Assembly (NCBI GenBank): GCA_964441315.1
Contig: CAYTUN010000002.1
Coordinates: 1-58,646 of the forward strand
Source: an uncultured Gammaproteobacteria bacterium
GTDB lineage: Bacteria; Pseudomonadota; Gammaproteobacteria; CAYTUN01
Reading direction: 5' to 3'
DNA: 58,646 nt
How positions within the stretch are numbered: the first letter of the stretch is position 1; every line of letters begins with the position of its first letter. Positions 56,173-58,646 of this stretch are shown here, one piece after another. The position numbers and the translations under genes are program-made. The notes beneath the pieces are model-generated. The model made no database searches and was not told the origin of the DNA. It worked only from the letters and a program-made list of their open reading frames with translations.

Positions 56173-57504
56173 TTATATTAATGCTTGAACGATTTCTTCC
56201 ATCTTCATTGAACGCGAGCCTTTTACCAAAATGCTGGTATTTTCTGGCCATTCGCGTTTTAACGCTTTAATTAATTCCATTTTATTCTCAAAATGCTTCG
56301 CATTTTGACCATAGGATTTGACGGCTTCTTGCATCAGTTCACCGGTTGCGTAGAACTGGTTAATTCCGGCTTGTTTGATTTTTTCGCCGATTTCGCGGTG
56401 ATATTGCGCTGCGTTTTCGCCTAATTCGCGCATGTCGCCCAATACAATGATTTTATAGCCAGGGCGTGAAGCTAGAATATTGATGGCGGCGCTGGTGGAC
56501 AAGGGATTAGCGTTATAAGTATCGTCGATAATTTCTAAATGACTACGTTGGTGAATCACGAGGCGTTTATTGGGTGCTTCTGCTTTTTCCAGGCCTTTTG
56601 CAATCGCGGTCATCGGAACATTTAATGCATGAGCACAAGCTGCTGCAGCAAGCGCATTCATCACATTATGTTGTCCCATAATATTTAATTTAATCGTTGC
56701 CGTTTTTTCACCAATGACTAAATCAAAACGCGCGCAACCATCTTTTTCAATTTGAGTATTTTTTGCAGTGACATCAGCTGGATTTTTTATGCCAAAAGTA
56801 ATAACTCGATGCGTCGTATTTAAACCTTTCCAATAACTCGCATGTGTATCATCGCTATTAATAACGCTAATATCGTTTGCACCTAGTTGACCATAAATAT
56901 TGCCTTTTTCACGCGCCACGCCATCGACACTACCAAAACCTTGCAGGTGCGCTTCAGCGGCATTAGTAATTAATGCGACATTCGGTTTTGCAATTTGCGT
57001 TAAATAAGCAATTTCGCCAAGATGATTAGCGCCGATTTCTAATATGGCGAATTTATGTTGTGAGTTTAATTTTAATAAGGTTAACGGACAGCCAATATTA
57101 TTATTAAAACTGGAAACATTCGCCAACGTCTCGCCGGCTTCGGAAAGAACATTCGATAACATGGTTTTAGTCGTCGTTTTACCACAACTGCCAGTCAAAG
57201 CGACCACCGGCGTTTTAAACTGTTCGCGATGACACCGCGCTATTTCGCCCAAAGCTTGAATCGTATCACTAACCAATAATTGCGGCAGATCAACTTCGGT
57301 TTTTTTGCTGACTAATGCAGCGACAGCACCTTTATTTTTCGCTTCTTTAATATAGTCATGACCATCTAAATTCTCGCCCAGAATAGCGACATAAAGTGCT
57401 CCTACTTCTAAATTGCGAGTGTCTTGTGTCACTGAGGTAAAAACCACATCGTTACCGATGATTTGTCCTCTTGTGATGTGTGCGGCTTGCGATAATTGCA
57501 TCAT
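56173..57504 (-). CDS. murF: UDP-N-acetylmuramoyl-tripeptide--D-alanyl-D-alanine ligase
   Basis: LTGSCGKTTTKTM and DDTYNANP. Immediately upstream of mraY. Confidence 0.95.
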   Translation of the reverse strand: MMQLSQAAHITRGQIIGNDVVFTSVTQDTRNLEVGALYVAILGENLDGHDYIKEAKNKGAVAALVSKKTEVDLPQLLVSDTIQALGEIARCHREQFKTPVVALTGSCGKTTTKTMLSNVLSEAGETLANVSSFNNNIGCPLTLLKLNSQHKFAILEIGANHLGEIAYLTQIAKPNVALITNAAEAHLQGFGSVDGVAREKGNIYGQLGANDISVINSDDTHASYWKGLNTTHRVITFGIKNPADVTAKNTQIEKDGCARFDLVIGEKTATIKLNIMGQHNVMNALAAAACAHALNVPMTAIAKGLEKAEAPNKRLVIHQRSHLEIIDDTYNANPLSTSAAINILASRPGYKIIVLGDMRELGENAAQYHREIGEKIKQAGINQFYATGELMQEAVKSYGQNAKHFENKMELIKALKREWPENTSILVKGSRSMKMEEIVQALI

Positions 57505-57571
57505 TTAACTCGATTTTTTGCTATGGCGTTATTATGGCCGATTATCGAGGGACTGCAAGGGTTTTACGGTA

Positions 57572-57599
57572 TTGACGCTTCGCGGATGCTAGTTATAAT
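57572..57599 (+). promoter_or_regulatory. Near-consensus sigma70 promoter for the Panacea-domain operon
   Basis: TTGACG (57572-77), a 16-nt spacer, then TATAAT (57594-99), ~45 nt upstream of the ATG at 57644. Confidence 0.6.
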
Positions 57600-57643
57600 C
57601 GGGACGTTTTCAGCTCAATAATAATAACTAATGCTAAATTACT

Positions 57644-58171
57644 ATGAATAAGCCGGAAATTTCTAGCATGGCCTATCCCGCACAAGCAATCGCGAATTAT
57701 TTTATTAAAAAATCTCTCGAAGAGGGCCGGTTTGATATGACTGTGATGAAAGTATCAAAACTCATTTACATTGCTCATGGCTGGAGCTTGGCGCTTAATG
57801 ATCAGCATTTAATTGGAGAGCCAATTCAAGCTTGGAAATTTGGGCCGGTGATCGAAAGTATTTATCAGGAACTGAATTTTTATGGTCGTGATCCTATTAG
57901 CTCACTGATTATTAAAGTAGAGCCTGATGCTGAAAATCCCTATGAAATTGATGCCAACGATCAGGAAACAAAAAAATTATTAGATCGGGTTTGGGATGTT
58001 TATAAAAAATACAGCGGTTGGGAACTATCAGAATGGAGCCACCAAAAAGACGGCCCTTGGTATCAAGCCTGGCATAAAGATGGCGGCTCAAAAAACCGTT
58101 ATCATGTTATTCCGAACGAAATCATTAAAGACTATTTTTCTAAATTGATCAATTCACATGCCAATGGATAA
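57644..58171 (+). CDS. Panacea (DUF4065, SocA/GepA-like) domain protein; putative PanA-type antitoxin
   Basis: AQAIANYFIKKSLEEGRFDMTVMKVSKLIYIAHGWSLALNDQHLIGEPIQAWKFGPVIESIY matches the A..ANYF...lt.lKL.KLlY.A.GW.La...pL..e.f.AW..GPV...Y pattern of DUF4065 proteins. Confidence 0.8.
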   Translation: MNKPEISSMAYPAQAIANYFIKKSLEEGRFDMTVMKVSKLIYIAHGWSLALNDQHLIGEPIQAWKFGPVIESIYQELNFYGRDPISSLIIKVEPDAENPYEIDANDQETKKLLDRVWDVYKKYSGWELSEWSHQKDGPWYQAWHKDGGSKNRYHVIPNEIIKDYFSKLINSHANG

Positions 58172-58565
58172 AGAAAAATCCGCTATCACGGACGAAAGCA
58201 TCCGTTCTTTTATTGAAAAAAATTATTCCAAAAAGAACAATAAAGAAAATGAAACATTGGAAGAAGTTTTAGAATTAAGAAGAAAAAGAGCTTTAGAATT
58301 GCGCCGAATTGCGGTGGAAGTGGCGCATGGCGAAGAATTAGTGGAATCTCTCATTGAAGATAGAAAAGCACGTAGACGTTATGGGCGGGGTATTTTTATT
58401 TTTGTAATTTGTTATATGGTTGCGGTTTTTCTCTGTCTACTTGATCACAGCAAATATAATCTTTCAGAAAAAGTTTTAATCGCGCTTTTGACAACGACGA
58501 CGTTTAATATTATTGGTTTATTGACGGGTGTGGTGCGTTATCTGTTTCCGCACCATAAAAATTAG
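58158..58565 (+). CDS. Small two-TM protein overlapping the Panacea gene; candidate toxin partner of unknown family
   Basis: 135 aa with a 14-nt overlap on the upstream gene. The N-terminal half is charged and helical. Two TM helices are predicted (GIFIFVICYMVAVFLCLL and VLIALLTTTTFNIIGLLTGVV). Confidence 0.55.
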   Translation: MPMDKEKSAITDESIRSFIEKNYSKKNNKENETLEEVLELRRKRALELRRIAVEVAHGEELVESLIEDRKARRRYGRGIFIFVICYMVAVFLCLLDHSKYNLSEKVLIALLTTTTFNIIGLLTGVVRYLFPHHKN

Positions 58566-58593
58566 TGATCGGTTTTGTTTGAGTTTGTTAGAT

Positions 58594-58646
58594 CACCCCT
58601 CATCCGCCCCGTTGGGGCACCTTCTCCCGCAAGGGGAGAAGGACAA
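58594..58646. repeat. Family-1 MITE-like element, left arm only (cut by window end)
   Basis: cacccctcatccgccccgttggggcaccttctcccgcaaggggagaaggacaa is identical to the left arm at 53011. Confidence 0.88.

Overview
This is an AT-rich gammaproteobacterial chromosomal window. The Legionellales-like assignment is an inference from synteny and gene content, not a database hit. It is probably a whole contig, because both ends break inside copies of the same repeat.

The backbone is housekeeping:
- ubiC-ubiA
- type IV pilus genes pilMNOPQ, divergent from PBP1A
- pepP-ubiH-ubiI
- zapA, 6S RNA and 5-formyl-THF cyclo-ligase
- argP/argO
- a sugar-acid module (IlvD/Edd dehydratase plus Na/solute symporter, with dgoK elsewhere)
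- a long minus-strand dcw cluster: murF-mraY-murD-ftsW-murG-murC-murB-ddl-ftsQ-ftsA-ftsZ-lpxC

Unusual points:
1. The dcw cluster is collinear but split repeatedly by foreign cargo. The cargo is oxyR-ahpC-ahpD plus a DUF2233 gene, a MATE pump and an ORFan. At least five families of palindromic or MITE-like repeats also interrupt it, including one nested MITE-in-MITE insertion with a target-site duplication.
2. Where murE/ftsI should precede murF there is a two-gene module. It is a Panacea (DUF4065) antitoxin-like gene overlapping a small two-TM protein I cannot assign to a known family. This is the best candidate for an undescribed toxin-antitoxin or defence pair.
3. An ExeA-like P-loop plus SPOR hybrid lies near a miniaturised, AMIN-less pilNOPQ set, separated from it by an Rpn-family nuclease.
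4. Other observations:
- a 1228-aa ORFan (candidate effector)
- an HU protein with a lysine-rich N-terminal tail
- a methyltransferase split at an A9 tract
- an (ATTT)13 microsatellite next to the ftsQ start codon
- a G-quadruplex motif upstream of pilM

No tRNA, rRNA, CRISPR array, integrase or classical IS transposase was seen. All non-ORF coordinates are hand-counted and may be off by 1-2 nt.
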